DNA from: Balanoglossus misakiensis
Taxonomy: Eukaryota > Animalia > Hemichordata
Assembly: GCA_040954595.2 (NCBI GenBank)
Contig: CM082582.2
Span: 124,001-188,000, forward strand
Direction: 5' to 3'
DNA length: 64,000 bases
Part shown: in pieces, positions 38,101 through 49,637 of the stretch
How the letters are laid out: each line of letters begins with the position of its first letter
Position numbering within the stretch: the first letter of the stretch is position 1
The notes under the pieces: model-generated
Database searches by the model: none
What the model was told of the DNA's origin: nothing
Seen by the model: only the letters and a program-made list of their open reading frames with translations
Translations under genes and position numbers: made by a program

Positions 38101-38912
38101 AAAATATCAATTTTATTTTTATCTACAATATCAAATTTGCAACACAGCTGTTCACATACATCAGAAGTAAGTGGAGAGAATGAATAAACACTGTCCTCTG
38201 TTCCACTACCAATATATAGGTCGTCCGATGAATCATTGTCAAGACTATGTTGTTGCAGAATTTCATTACTTCCTTCAGTCTTATCAACACTTTGATTTTC
38301 AGTCTCAAATATCTCATTGTTGACTTTTGAACTTTCATTTTCTCTGTCACTTTTTCTGATTTTATCCATATTCCTGTTTTTAGAGAGGGCAGGCCCCTCT
38401 TTGAATTCATTTCTATTCCTGTTTTTAGAGAGGGCAGGCCCCTCTTTGAATTCATTTCTATTCCTGTTTTTAGAGAGGGCAGGCCCCTCTTTGAATTCAT
38501 TATTATTCCTGTTTTTAGAGAGGGCAGGCCCCTCTTTGTATTCATTTCTATTCCTGTTTTTAGAGAGGGCAGGCCCCTCTTTGGATTCATTTCTATTCCT
38601 GTTTTTAGAGAGGGCAGGCCCCTCTTTGATTTCATTTCTATTCCTGTTTTTAGAGAGGGCAGGCCCCTCTTTGGATTCATTTCTATTCCTGTTTTTAGAG
38701 AGGGCAGGCCCCTCTTTGATTTCATTTCTATTCCTGTTTTTAGAGAGGGCAGGCCCCTCTTTGGATTCATTTCTATTCCTGTTTTTAGAGAGGGCAGGCC
38801 CCTCTTTGTGCTCTATAGCTATCCTGTTTTTCAAGAGGACAGGATCCTCAGACACAACAGCATCTTCATTCTTCTGACTCCTCTTCTTCCTCCAGTATCT
38901 ACTGCGTGGCAT
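35112..38912 (-). CDS. Helentron Rep protein, C-terminally truncated (repeats - OTU protease - Cys-rich/DUF6570-like - Helitron_like_N)
   Basis: GDGNCFFRS...WATETE...NHYE (OTU, ~37680-38055); CSVC...CHTC...IPDELKCLNSLEQHLI...GQNGVHGPVVCVP; CFPVIFPTG, RGTPPYW, MIRQLGIPTWFCSFSAAD, NPVTAARMF. Stops before the HUH and Pif1 motifs. The first ATG (38912) directly follows a ttgctttgttccag acceptor. Confidence 0.92.
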   Translation of the reverse strand: MPRSRYWRKKRSQKNEDAVVSEDPVLLKNRIAIEHKEGPALSKNRNRNESKEGPALSKNRNRNEIKEGPALSKNRNRNESKEGPALSKNRNRNEIKEGPALSKNRNRNESKEGPALSKNRNRNEYKEGPALSKNRNNNEFKEGPALSKNRNRNEFKEGPALSKNRNRNEFKEGPALSKNRNMDKIRKSDRENESSKVNNEIFETENQSVDKTEGSNEILQQHSLDNDSSDDLYIGSGTEDSVYSFSPLTSDVCEQLCCKFDIVDKNKIDILNKLGSVTIGDPCNYKSIIGDGNCFFRSLSYCISGTERNHGVIRTAIVNHLKANEEVYSGWVRLDGYTSVADYIEKSRMDRLGTWATETEILATTNLFNVNIFVYSFDSWWKHSCNLINKNNVDRGVGIYLNHRNRNHYEVVECVKTPQLETCHCTHIDCNVVVPIGECMDVTDNECSKQIGLKQEFHLDEVFATHEELPCLAPVRGEKRGRAMGERLKKKLRREKYESERGKLNQLNVPSSLKSSKAAKQYERYQTNCEYRDNIKSVRRKRYHEDVLYRENKKRRLAGRYDHDLVFREVQKTVCAEQCLAKYEKVPLYREHKKSESAAQCVDKYKKDQTFREQKKRQCVDKYKKDQTFREQKKRQSAAQCVDKYKKDQAFREQKKRQSAAQCVDKYKKDLEFREHQKRQTAAVFANKFQNDQKFREHKKSQNAAQFLDKYNRDEEFQNRTPKKCLERYQQDHVYKQTVLERRRTERKVTKIEKGNIERVIIDFQNQISVGPNCVCSVCHRRLFRRQVLVCKMDNYVSKGGLCEMNANKCITQEYVHNCSELCIVDCPLKSSAASKLWMCHTCHSKLLRAEMPVQAAANNLDVKPIPDELKCLNSLEQHLIALHIPFMKMMALPRGGQNGVHGPVVCVPSNIEKATSILPRGELDDQMIKVKLKRKLSYKGCYEYQFVNKGHIQNALEYLKKSNMWYNDVNFNLTWENTLEKTEEKSDGESNGNTEEKLLDTEGNDVASDTEDGNEPDRDTNGIFMDTCFQPVDIGQDILDYHFDDIACVAPGEDNKPVRVLMEKFNEAKCFPVIFPTGSPTFHDDREVKITIGRYLQSRLMNASNRFARSTDYIFYAQYRSELDQVVSNVSIALRKGTANACGKKVTSDVLTDGDSLREILKCDEGYKFLKPVRGTPPYWQATQKDLFAMIRQLGIPTWFCSFSAADLRWKEVIETILLEEGDVRNAEDLDWSEKCGILRRNPVTAARMFDHRFHCFLNVAFGCV
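36760..37260 (-). repeat. Coding ~66-bp (22-aa) repeat, QCVDKYKKDQxFREQKKRQSAA
   Basis: Four close copies plus diverged flanking copies in the Rep ORF. Confidence 0.9.
38368..38850 (-). repeat. Coding 45-bp (15-aa) minisatellite, KEGPALSKNRNRNEx x10
   Basis: Ten near-identical copies plus one degenerate copy (EDPVLLKNRIAIEHK). Confidence 0.95.
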
Positions 38913-39189
38913 CTGGAACAAAGCAAATATACTGTCTAGTTAGGTTTTTACTATCCTTTCACCACCAGACTTCAGATAACCTTCTCATCAAATCACATCA
39001 CTAGTGATTATAACCAGTAAAAAGTAGTGGAACTTTTAACAGACAGAAGTGATTTATAGAAACTAAGTCCGAACAAAGTTGTAATTCAACAGCAACACAT
39101 AATACAAGCATATCCCCATGCCTTTATACAAATAGACACATATACACACAAAGTATCACAGACACACTTTTTTACTGCTGGAAAACAGG

Positions 39190-42185
39190 ATAAGGCTTAA
39201 ATCCTGACCCCTGTATGACCTAACATTCTGGCATTCACATTGGAATGTGCTCAGACAAATCTCAGATATGAGTGAAATTTTCTTTAAAAATCATTTCCGC
39301 TATTTATTAGCAATATCAAGTCCAAGTACGATAGATAGGCATACATGTATGAATTTGCACAGACATAAACAAATACACGGACACCCCAACATCCACCGTG
39401 TTCAACCAAATAAGGCTTCAGATCTGATTCTGAATGACCCGACATTTTCCCATTTACGTTGCAATGTACTCAGCCAAATCTGAATAAAATTTCACTTCAA
39501 AATCATTTCCACCAGTTAGCAATATCAAGTCCAAGTACGATAGGCATACATGTATGAATTTGCACAGACATAAACAAATACACGGACACCCCAACATCCA
39601 CCGTGTACAACCAAATAAGGCTTCAGACCTGATTCTGAATGACCCGACATTTTCCCATTTACGTTGCAATGTACTCAGCCAAATCTGAATAAAATTTCAC
39701 TTCAAAATCATTTCCACCAGTTAGCAATATCAAGTCCAAGTACGATAGGCATACATGTATGAATTTGCACAGACATAAACAAATACACGGACACCCCAAC
39801 ATCCACCGTGTACAACCAAATAAGGCTTCAGACCTGATTCTGAATGACCCGACATTTTCCCATTTACGTTGCAATGTACTCAGCCAAATCTGAATAAAAT
39901 TTCAATTCAAAATCATTTCCAACAGTTAGCAATATCAAGTCCAAGTACACTGATAGGCATACATGTATGAATTTGCACAGACATAAACAAATACACGGAC
40001 ACCCCAACATCCACCGTGTACAACCAAATAAGGCTTCAGACCTGATTCTGAATGACCCGACATTTTCCCATTTACGTTGCAATGTACTCAGCCAAAATCT
40101 GAATGAAATTTCACTTCAAAATCATTTCCACCAGTTAGCAATATCAAGTCCAAGTACACTGATAGGCATACATGTATGAATTTGCACAGACATAAACAAA
40201 TACACGGACACCCCAACATCCACCGTGTACAACCAAATAAGGCTTCAGACCTGACCCTAAATGACCCAACATTTTCCCATTTACGTTGCAATGTACTCAG
40301 CCAAATCTGAATAAAATTTCACTTCAAAATCATTTCCACCAGTTAGCAATATCAAGTCCAAGTACGATAGGCATACATGTATGAATTTGCACAGACATAA
40401 ACAAATACACGGACACCCCAACATCCACCGTGTACAACCAAATAAGGCTTCAGACCCGACCCTGTATGACCCGACATTTTCCCATTTACGTTGCAATGAA
40501 CTCAGCCAAATCTGAATAAAATTTCACTTCAAAATCATTTCCACCAGTTAGCAATATCAAGTCCAAGTACACTGATAGGCATACATGTATGAATTTGCAC
40601 AGACATAAACAAATACACGGACACCCCAACATCCACCGTGTACAACCAAATAAGGCTTCAGACCTGATTCTGAATGACCCGACATTTTCCCATTTACGTT
40701 GCAATGTACTCAGCCAAATCTGAATAAAATTTCACTTCAAAATCATTTCCACCAGTTAGCAATATCAAGTCCAAGTACGATAGGCATACATGTATGAATT
40801 TGCACAGACATAAACAAATACACGGACACCCCAACATCCACCGTGTACAACCAAATAAGGCTTCAGACCTGATTCTGAATGACCCGACATTTTCCCATTT
40901 ACGTTGCAATGTACTCAGCCAAATCTGAATAAAATTTCAATTCAAAATCATTTCCAACAGTTAGCAATATCAAGTCCAAGTACACTGATAGGCATACATG
41001 TATGAATTTGCACAGACATAAACAAATACACGGACACCCCAACATCCACCGTGTACAACCAAATAAGGCTTCAGACCTGATTCTGAATGACCCGACATTT
41101 TCCCATTTACGTTGCAATGTACTCAGCCAAAATCTGAATGAAATTTCACTTCAAAATCATTTCCACCAGTTAGCAATATCAAGTCCAAGTACACTGATAG
41201 GCATACATGTATGAATTTGCACAGACATAAACAAATACACGGACACCCCAACATCCACCGTGTACAACCAAATAAGGCTTCAGACCTGACCCTAAATGAC
41301 CCAACATTTTCCCATTTACGTTGCAATGTACTCAGCCAAATCTGAATAAAATTTCACTTCAAAATCATTTCCACCAGTTAGCAATATCAAGTCCAAGTAC
41401 GATAGGCATACATGTATGAATTTGCACAGACATAAACAAATACACGGACACCCCAACATCCACCGTGTACAACCAAATAAGGCTTCAGACCCGACCCTGT
41501 ATGACCCGACATTTTCCCATTTACGTTGCAATGAACTCAGCCAAATCTGAATAAAATTTCACTTCAAAATCATTTCCACCAGTTAGCAATATCAAGTCCA
41601 AGTACACTGATAGGCATACATGTATGAATTTGCACAGACATAAACAAATACACGGACACCCCAACATCCACCGTGTACAACCAAATAAGGCTTCAGACCT
41701 GATTCTGAATGACCCGACATTTTCCCATTTACGTTGCAATGTACTCAGCCAAATCTGAATAAAATTTCACTTCAAAATCATTTCCACCAGTTAGCAATAT
41801 CAAGTCCAAGTACGATAGGCATACATGTATGAATTTGCACAGACATAAACAAATACACGGACACCCCAACATCCACCGTGTACAACCAAATAAGGCTTCA
41901 GACCTGATTCTGAATGACCCGACATTTTCCCATTTACGTTGCAATGTACTCAGCCAAATCTGAATGAAATTTCACTTCAAAACCATTTCCACCAGTCAGC
42001 AATATCAAGTCCAAGTACAATGAGAGGCATACATGTATGAATTTGCACAGACACACACACGGACAAATACACACACAGTATTCACTGACACCGCATTTCC
42101 CTCCTGAAGAACCTGGCAAGGCTTGAATCTTGACCCCTGTATGACCTTACATCCTGGCATTTTCATTATGTACTCATACAAATCA
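39190..42185. repeat. ~207-bp tandem satellite (about 13 conserved units, degenerate edges) with 1035-bp higher-order repeat
   Basis: Units of 205-209 bp; diagnostic variants recur exactly 1035 bp apart (39864/40899, 40088/41123, 40281/41316, 40486/41521, 40694/41729). Confidence 0.95.
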
Positions 42186-43859
42186 TAACATGATTGTTTT
42201 ATACCTGATTTACACTTAGTAATTTAATATACAAGTTCAATGACAGGACAAGGATATCAAGAAACATACATCATACCAATGTTTTTTTGAAGCCATTGTT
42301 GTAAGTAATGGCACTATCCAATGGTTTTAACACCACATAACACAATGATTGTTCTGCACAAACAAGTCCCTTCCTTTCTGATGTATTCAATAAACACCAT
42401 TTCTATGAACTATTACAATGTTTTTCTTCCGTCACCCCTGAATAACAAACTCAAAGAAATGGGCTAGTGCTTTTACATGTTAACAGACGGTGCATGGAAG
42501 TGTACAATCATCCTATCTGATATTAAACCACAGTGTGACTGATAGTAGAACTAAGCAATTCCTCCGCAAATGATTTAAAAGGCTAATTTACATTTGACAC
42601 AATGCACACCTGAGTGTGTTAATCTATGATACTATGCACTGTTGTGCACCAACACTCACCTTGAAAACTCTTTGGTAGCCAAAATCTGTCAAGAAAATAA
42701 AAAAACCTGTTTAATTAACTAATTAACTATAAATTTATATTTAAACTAGTACATGAAAATATACAATTGCCTACAAACAGGATAACAATTAACAATAAAT
42801 TCACTGCCAAGCTTGTGATATTCAGAAATTCATATCTTGATCACAGTTTCCATACAAATGGCACATACAGGTTACCACAGATTGATAACATAAATTGTCT
42901 TGCCCACAACATAGTTTCATGGCATCAAAATATGTTAACAAGTCAACTGTTCTTTTCATGCTCCTGCCAGATTCCATTGTCCATGTGTTGGCACACCTGT
43001 CACCACCAGAAAGCATACACACTAAAGACAGTGGTCACCAAAAATATTTGGCCAATTCTCCGCTTGTCCCCACATTTTTACAAACAACCAAAATGTCAAA
43101 TAATCCAGCAATGTTTCTGTTTTGTACTCACACAGATCGTTCAATATTTGAAGCAAAATTCCTTTCAATTATCAAAAAACAAATCAATTTAACTGATAAA
43201 AATTACAATGATTACCCCTGGGCTTTTGATCACATAAACATACAATATTCACAGAAATAAATGCAGTATTTACGTATTTGGAAAAGCCAATCCATAAATA
43301 CCACACAGTTTATTATTTTTTACAAATACACATCCCAGAAATAATACTTTACCAACGCTTGTACGTAACATACGCATGACACACCGATCGCCCGAATTCA
43401 ACACGTCCGGTCACGAGATTCGCTTGCCTAAACCCTTTCCAGTCTAAATAATCATTTGTACATTGACTGCAAAAAGAAGCTTATCTCGTAATTTCAACTT
43501 AAATGGAACGCACTAGAAACTCTGATTTACCCAGCCTCTAATTGTTCTATTTAATCCAGCAAACTCCACCATCTCAACATATATAACATTTGCCAAAACA
43601 TGCATGCTTACGGTACCATGGATTCTTTACATACAATAAGCAATATCGACATGTTACGATAGCCGCCATATTGGAATTCGCTCGAGACGAAAATACAAAA
43701 CATCTTACAAAACTGCCATCGTCTCACAAACAAACAAAATCACACTACCATTGGTTAAACAACAACTTCATAACCAACACCACCAAGTATTATACGTTCA
43801 AACCACCGATTCTCTCATTCGTACCACATTTAAAAACTGCATTTGATTGTATACGTGTT

Positions 43860-44000
43860 ACTCACCGGATTCAGGTCAACGCCTCTGCTGGAGTCAGATT
43901 CGTTTTCGGATTCAAGTGCGTAGGATGAAGTTGCTTTCAGATTCATACCCCATAGACGTGTTCGGTTAACACTCCTTTTATACAGCTCAATATATTGGTA
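43860..44000 (-). promoter_or_regulatory. Putative Helentron promoter and non-coding first exon
   Basis: CCAAT at 43998-43994, TATAAAAG starting at 43982, donor CCG/GTGAGT at 43865; correctly oriented upstream of the Rep ORF. Confidence 0.5.
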
Positions 44001-47000
44001 TATCCATACTACATCCTCTTCACAGTTAACGAATGTAATATACAGATCTGTTCACTTAAATAAAGATATGTTTATAGCCAAACAAATACATCTGTCAAAA
44101 CTTTCACTGATTCAGATGAAAATTTTCAACAATTTACAACCAATCCACACATCACTAGTGACTATTAACCAATCACATAATGTGTCCATTCTAACTTTGT
44201 ATTTCGCCCTCAACTACTGCATGTGTAATGATGCATGTGGATTAGTGTGTAATCACAATATTTTGTAGTCTACCTTCTGCCCATCATTTTTGTAATTGGA
44301 CATTATGCTGTCCATGTTCCATTTTTTTGCCACAATTTTTACTATGTTTGCCAAGAACATTGTCATTGGTCGAAGATTATGGCGGCCATATTGGATGTTC
44401 GAAAAACCATACTAAAACTCCAACAATCTTCTCCAGAACCAGCGATAACTGAGTCGCAAGATTCGGGGAGTATGGTCACTACACTGATGTCTATCAAGTA
44501 TGCAAAGAGCATTGTGATTGGTCGAAAAATATGGCGGCCATATTGGATTTTGTAAAAAGCAGTGAAAAATTGAAATTCCTTTTTCTAGTCTAGAAATTGA
44601 TAGCATTCAAATTCTTTTTATGGATATCAATCATCATATGACTAAAATATGTTACAAATTGTTGGTGATTTTTCACATGACCTTTGACCTACTTTTCACA
44701 CATTATTATTTCTGCATATCTCTTTCCAGGCTAACCTATAGGGTTGCATATATAGCTCATACTACCTGTTCTAAATGTACCAGAGTTCTGATTTTTGTGC
44801 ACATTGGTATCGCCACTGCCAGGACCTACCCCAAATATTTTGGTAATTTTGGCAATGACCTTTGACCTACTTTTGACACATCGTTTTTTCTGCATATCTA
44901 ATTCCAGGCTAACCTATAGGGCTATCATTTTGGTTTTTGATGTATGTGGATTTGTATGTGATCAAAAATTTTTGCTACTTTTCATGACCCCTTTGACCTC
45001 TGGTGACCTCATTAAATATGCGCATACCTAATTACAGATGAACCAATAGACCTAGAGGTTTGGTCTTTTTTGGACATTGATCAGTATGGGGTCAAAATAA
45101 TTTGCCCAAATTTTGGGTGACCTCAGGTGACCTTTGACCTACTTTCGCATTTCTCGGTATCCAAAGCAGATACAGCCTTGGCGTTTTGAGGTATGGGGCA
45201 ATAATGAAAAGCCAAATTTTTGGATCACCAGTGACACCTGCTGACCTCATTCAATATGCACATACCTAATTACACGCAAACAAATAGAGCTAGAGTTTTG
45301 GTTTTTGTTGGACATGGACCACTATGGGTCAAAATTTTCTGCCCAAATTGTGGGTGACCTCTGGGTGACCTTTGACCTGCTTAACACTATATCAACACCA
45401 AACATAGATATAACCTTGATATTTCATGGGATAAAACACAGCATTATGTTTCAACTCATTAATTATGTGCATATCTAATAATCAGATCAGATAATAGAGC
45501 TTGGGCCCGGACAATGCTGCTTGCAGCTTTAATTCTTTCTTTCTTTCTTTATTCTTGGTTCATTTCTTTCGCGCTCTAGATCTCAGACACCGCTGCAGGT
45601 ACAGTTCTCAAACTTGCTACAGTGGTCAAGGTCAATGAGTAGATGTGCAGTGACTTGTGAATACTTAATTAGTCACGTGACATGGCGGCCATATTGGATT
45701 TTCTGAAAAAATGCAAATCTCAGATCTCAGAAACTACAAGTCAGATCGACTTCAGATTTGGCGTGCTGGTAGTATACCTTCTGCCCATCATTTTTGTAAT
45801 TGGATATTTTGCTGTCAATGTTGCAGTTTTTTTGCTACAGTTGTTTTTCTGAAATCTGGTCAAAATTTCAAAAATCTTCTTCTCCAGAACCGGCAATAAC
45901 CGAGTCACGCCGTTTGGGTTATGTGGTCACCTAACTGATGTCTATCAAGTTTGCGAAGATCATTGTGATTGGTCAAAGATTATGGCGGCCATATTGAATT
46001 TTCGAAAAACTATAGTAAAACTTCAAAAATCTTCTCCTCCAGAACGGGCGATAACCGAGTCACAAGATTTGGTGTGTGTGGTCATTAAACGGATGTCTAT
46101 CAAGTTTGCGAAGGGGAATGTGATTGGTTGAAGATTATGGCAGCCATATTGGATTTTGTGAAAAACGATTAAAAAGTAAAAATTCCTTTTCTAGCCTAAA
46201 AATTGATAGCACAGAAATTCTTTTTATGGATATGAATCATCATACGACAAGAATAAGCTATAAATATTTTTGTAATTTTGGCAATGACCTTTGACCTACT
46301 TTTGACGAATCATTTTTCTGCATATCTAATTCCAGGCTAACCAATAGGGCTATAAGTTTGGTTTTTGATGTATGTGGATTTGTATGTGATCAAAACATTT
46401 TGCTACTTTTCATGACCCCTTTGACCTCTGGTGACCTCATTAAATATGCGCATACCTAATTAATGATGAACCAATAGACCTAGAGGTTTTGTTTTTGTTA
46501 TACATGGACCAGTATGGGGTCAAAATATTTTGCCCAAATGTTGGGTGACCTCGGGTGACCTTTGACCTACTTTTGCATAACTTGACATCCACCGCAGATA
46601 CAGCCTTGGCGTTTGGAGGTATAGGGCCATAATGAAAAGCCAAAGTTTTGGGTCACCTATGACACCTGCTTAACCCATTATTTATGTGCATATCTAATTT
46701 CGGGCTTACCAAAAGGGCTAGAGGTCTGGTTTTTGTTGGACATGCACCACTATGGGTCAAAATTTTCTGCCCAAATGTTGGGTGACCTAAGATGACCTTT
46801 GACCTACTTAACCCAATATCAGCACCAAACATAGATATAACCTTGATATGTCATGGGATAAAACACAGCATTATGTTTCTACTCATTAATTATGTGCAGA
46901 TCAGATAATAGAGCTTGGGCCCGGACAATGCTGCTTGCAGCTTTAATTCTGTCTTTCTTTCTTCTTTCTTTCTTTATTCTTGTGTCAATTCTTTGTCGCT

Positions 47001-48381
47001 CTAGATCTCAGAGACCACTGCAGGTACACTTCTGAAACTTGCTACAGTGGTCAAGGTCAATGAGTAGTCGTGCATTGAACCCTTGAATTTTTAATTAGTC
47101 ACATGACCTGGCGGCCATCTTGGATTTTCTGAAAAAATGCAAATCTCAGATCTCAGAAACTACAAGTCAGATCGACTTCAAATTTGGCGTGCAGGTAGAC
47201 TACCTTCTGCCCATCATTTTTGTAATTGGAAATTATGCTGTCAATGTTGCAGTTTTTTTGCCACAATTTTTTTTCTTAAATCTGGTCAAAATTTCAAAAA
47301 TCTTCTTCTCCAGAACCGGTGATAACCGAGACACGGGGTTTGGTGTATGTGGTCACCTAACTGATGTCTATCAAGTTTGCGAAGATCATTGTGATTGGTC
47401 GAAGATTATGGCGGCCATATTGGATTTTCGAAAAACCATAGTAAAACTCAAAAAATCTTCTACTCCAGAACCGGCGATAACTGAGTCGCAAGATTTGGGG
47501 AGTATGGTCACTACACTGATGTCTATCAAGTTTGCAAAGAGCATTGTGATTGGTTGAAAAATATGGCAGCCATATTGGATTTTGTAAAAAGCAGTAAAAA
47601 ATTGAAATTTCTTTTTCTAGTCTAAAAATTGATAGCATAGAAATTCCTTTTATGGATATCAATCGTCATGTGACTAAAATATGCTACAAATTTTTGTCGA
47701 TTTTTCACATGACCTTTGACCTACTTTTCACACATTATTTCTGCATATCTATTTCCAGGCTAACCTATAGGGCTAGACATTTGGTTTTTCATGCATGTGG
47801 ATTTGTGTGTGATCAAAATATTTTGCTACTTTTCATGACCCCTTTGACCTCTGCTGACCTCATTAATTATGTGCATAGCTAATTACAGGCGAACCAATAG
47901 AGCTAGAGGTTTGGTTTTTGTTGGACATGGACCAATATGGGGTCAAAATTTGTTGCCCAAATATTGGGTGACCTCTGGTGACCTTTGACCTACTTTCGCA
48001 TATCTCAGCATCCAGCGCAGATACAGCCTTGGCATTTGGCAGGATGGGACCAAAATGTAAAGCCACATTTTTAAGTCACCTGTGACACCTGCTGACCTCA
48101 TTAAATATGCACGTACCTAATTAAAGGCGAACCAATAGAACTAGAGTTTTGGTTTTTGTTGGACATGGAACAGTATGGGTCAAAAAATTTTGCCCAAATG
48201 TTGGGTGACGTCAGGTGACCTTTGACCTACTTTACTCTATTTCAGTAGGAAAAATACATACGTCCTTGTTACGTCATGAGATAAAACACCCGATAGAGCA
48301 TTCTGTTTCTTCTCATTCATACTGTGCATATATAATACCGGATCAGCGCTTGGGCCCGACAATGCTGCTTGCAGCTTTAAT

Positions 48382-49637
48382 TGGGGGCACAAGCGCCCTC
48401 AGGCGGCTTGTGCCCCCATTGTTATTGTTGGAATTTTTCTTTATTATTATTATTCTTCTTCTTCCGAGAAATTCGGCCAGGTAGATCTGGAAAACCGCAG
48501 CACCTAGGGGGCTGAAACTTGTTAGGGTGATAGGGGCCAATGAGTAGACGTGCAGTGGCCCGTGAATATTTAATTAGTCATGTGACCTGGCGGCCATATT
48601 GGATTTCCTGAAAACCGTTAAATGAGTCCTTCTCAAAAACTACAAGGCCGATCGAGTTCAAATTTGGTGTGCAGGTAGCCTACCTTCTGTCCATCATTTT
48701 ACCCCATTGAAATCATGACGTCACACATAAAGTTTTTTTGCTACAATTGTTTTTCTTAAAAAATACTTAAAACTTTAAAAATCTTCTTCTCCAGAACCAG
48801 CGGTTACCGATTCTCGGGATTTGGGATATGTGGTCACCTAACCTATGTCTATCAAGTTTGCGAAGCGCACTGTGATTGGTCGATCATTATGGCGGCCATG
48901 TTGGATTTTCGGAAAACCATTGAAAAATGAAAATTCTGTTTTGTAGCCAAAATGTTGACAGCACGGAAATTCTTTTTTTGGATATGAGTCATCATATGAC
49001 CGGAAGTTGTCACAATTTTTCGTAGCAATTTTCACATGACCTTTGACCCAGTTTTAAAACAACTAATTATATATGCATATTCCCCATACCTCCTCTTGTA
49101 AAAGCACCACAGTCATGAATTTTGTGGACATGGGTACCAATGCTGCCAGGACATGACACAAATATTTTGGTAATTTTGGCAATGACCTTTGACCTATTTC
49201 TGCATATCTAATTCCATGCTACCCAATAGGGCTAGAGGTCTGGTATTGGTTGGACATGGCCCAGTCTGGGGTCAAAATTTTATGCCCTAATTTTGGGTGA
49301 CCTTGGGTGACCTTTGATCTACTTTCCCATATCTCAGCATCCAGAGCAGTTAGAGCCCTGGCTTTTATGGGTATTGAGCACATAATGGAGTCTTACACAA
49401 GACCTCATTAATTATGTGCATACCTAATTGCAGGCGAACCAATAGGGCTAGGGGTCTGGTTTTTTGTTGGATCTAGACTAGTATGGGGTCCAATTTTTTT
49501 GCCCAAATTTGGGGTGACCTCAGGTGACCTTTGACCTACTTTCCCATGTCTCGGTATTCCCAGCAGATACAGCCGTGGAATTTGCTGGTCACCATGGGAA
49601 CCGCTTGTGCCCCCCCAACGCTGCTTGCAGCTTTAAT
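48382..49637. mobile_element. Complete HINE H5 (GGGGCACAAGC family), ~1.26 kb
   Basis: Hairpin 48382-48418, (TTA)/(CTT) microsatellite, end gcttgtgcccc...gctgcttgcagctttaat; near-identical to the H1 body at 49638-50846. Confidence 0.92.

Larger units (their letters stand above)
27829..45533 (-). mobile_element. Helentron (Helitron2) H4, ~17.7 kb, internally deleted derivative of an autonomous element
   Basis: Hairpin 27829-27862; subTIR plus stem-loop end 45498-45533; contains the OTU/DUF6570/Rep ORF and an AP-endonuclease remnant on the minus strand. Confidence 0.9.
27776..46947. mobile_element. HINE H3 (GGGCCCAAGC family): hairpin 27776-27809, body 45534-46947
   Basis: Joining 27828 to 45534 restores the family sequence; right end gcttgggcccggacaatgctgcttgcagctttaat. 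Confidence 0.85.
27723..48381. mobile_element. HINE H2 (GGGCCCAAGC family): hairpin 27723-27756, body 46948-48381
   Basis: Joining 27775 to 46948 restores ggggttttt-ctgtctttc...gctctagatctcag. The right subTIR gcgcttgggccc matches its hairpin arm. Confidence 0.85.

Noticed and set aside
36662-38877. Alternative-frame and antisense ORFs over the Rep repeats (e.g. 38123-38770, 38317-38877, 36665-37210)
   Set aside because: Open only because 45- and 66-bp repeats lack stops in those frames.
39250-42120. CRISPR-like array, or a family of 67-72 aa ORFs (MQRKWENVGS...)
   Set aside because: Whole units repeat with no unique spacers and there are no cas genes. The ORFs start at TTG and unit lengths are not multiples of three, so they are by-products of the satellite.
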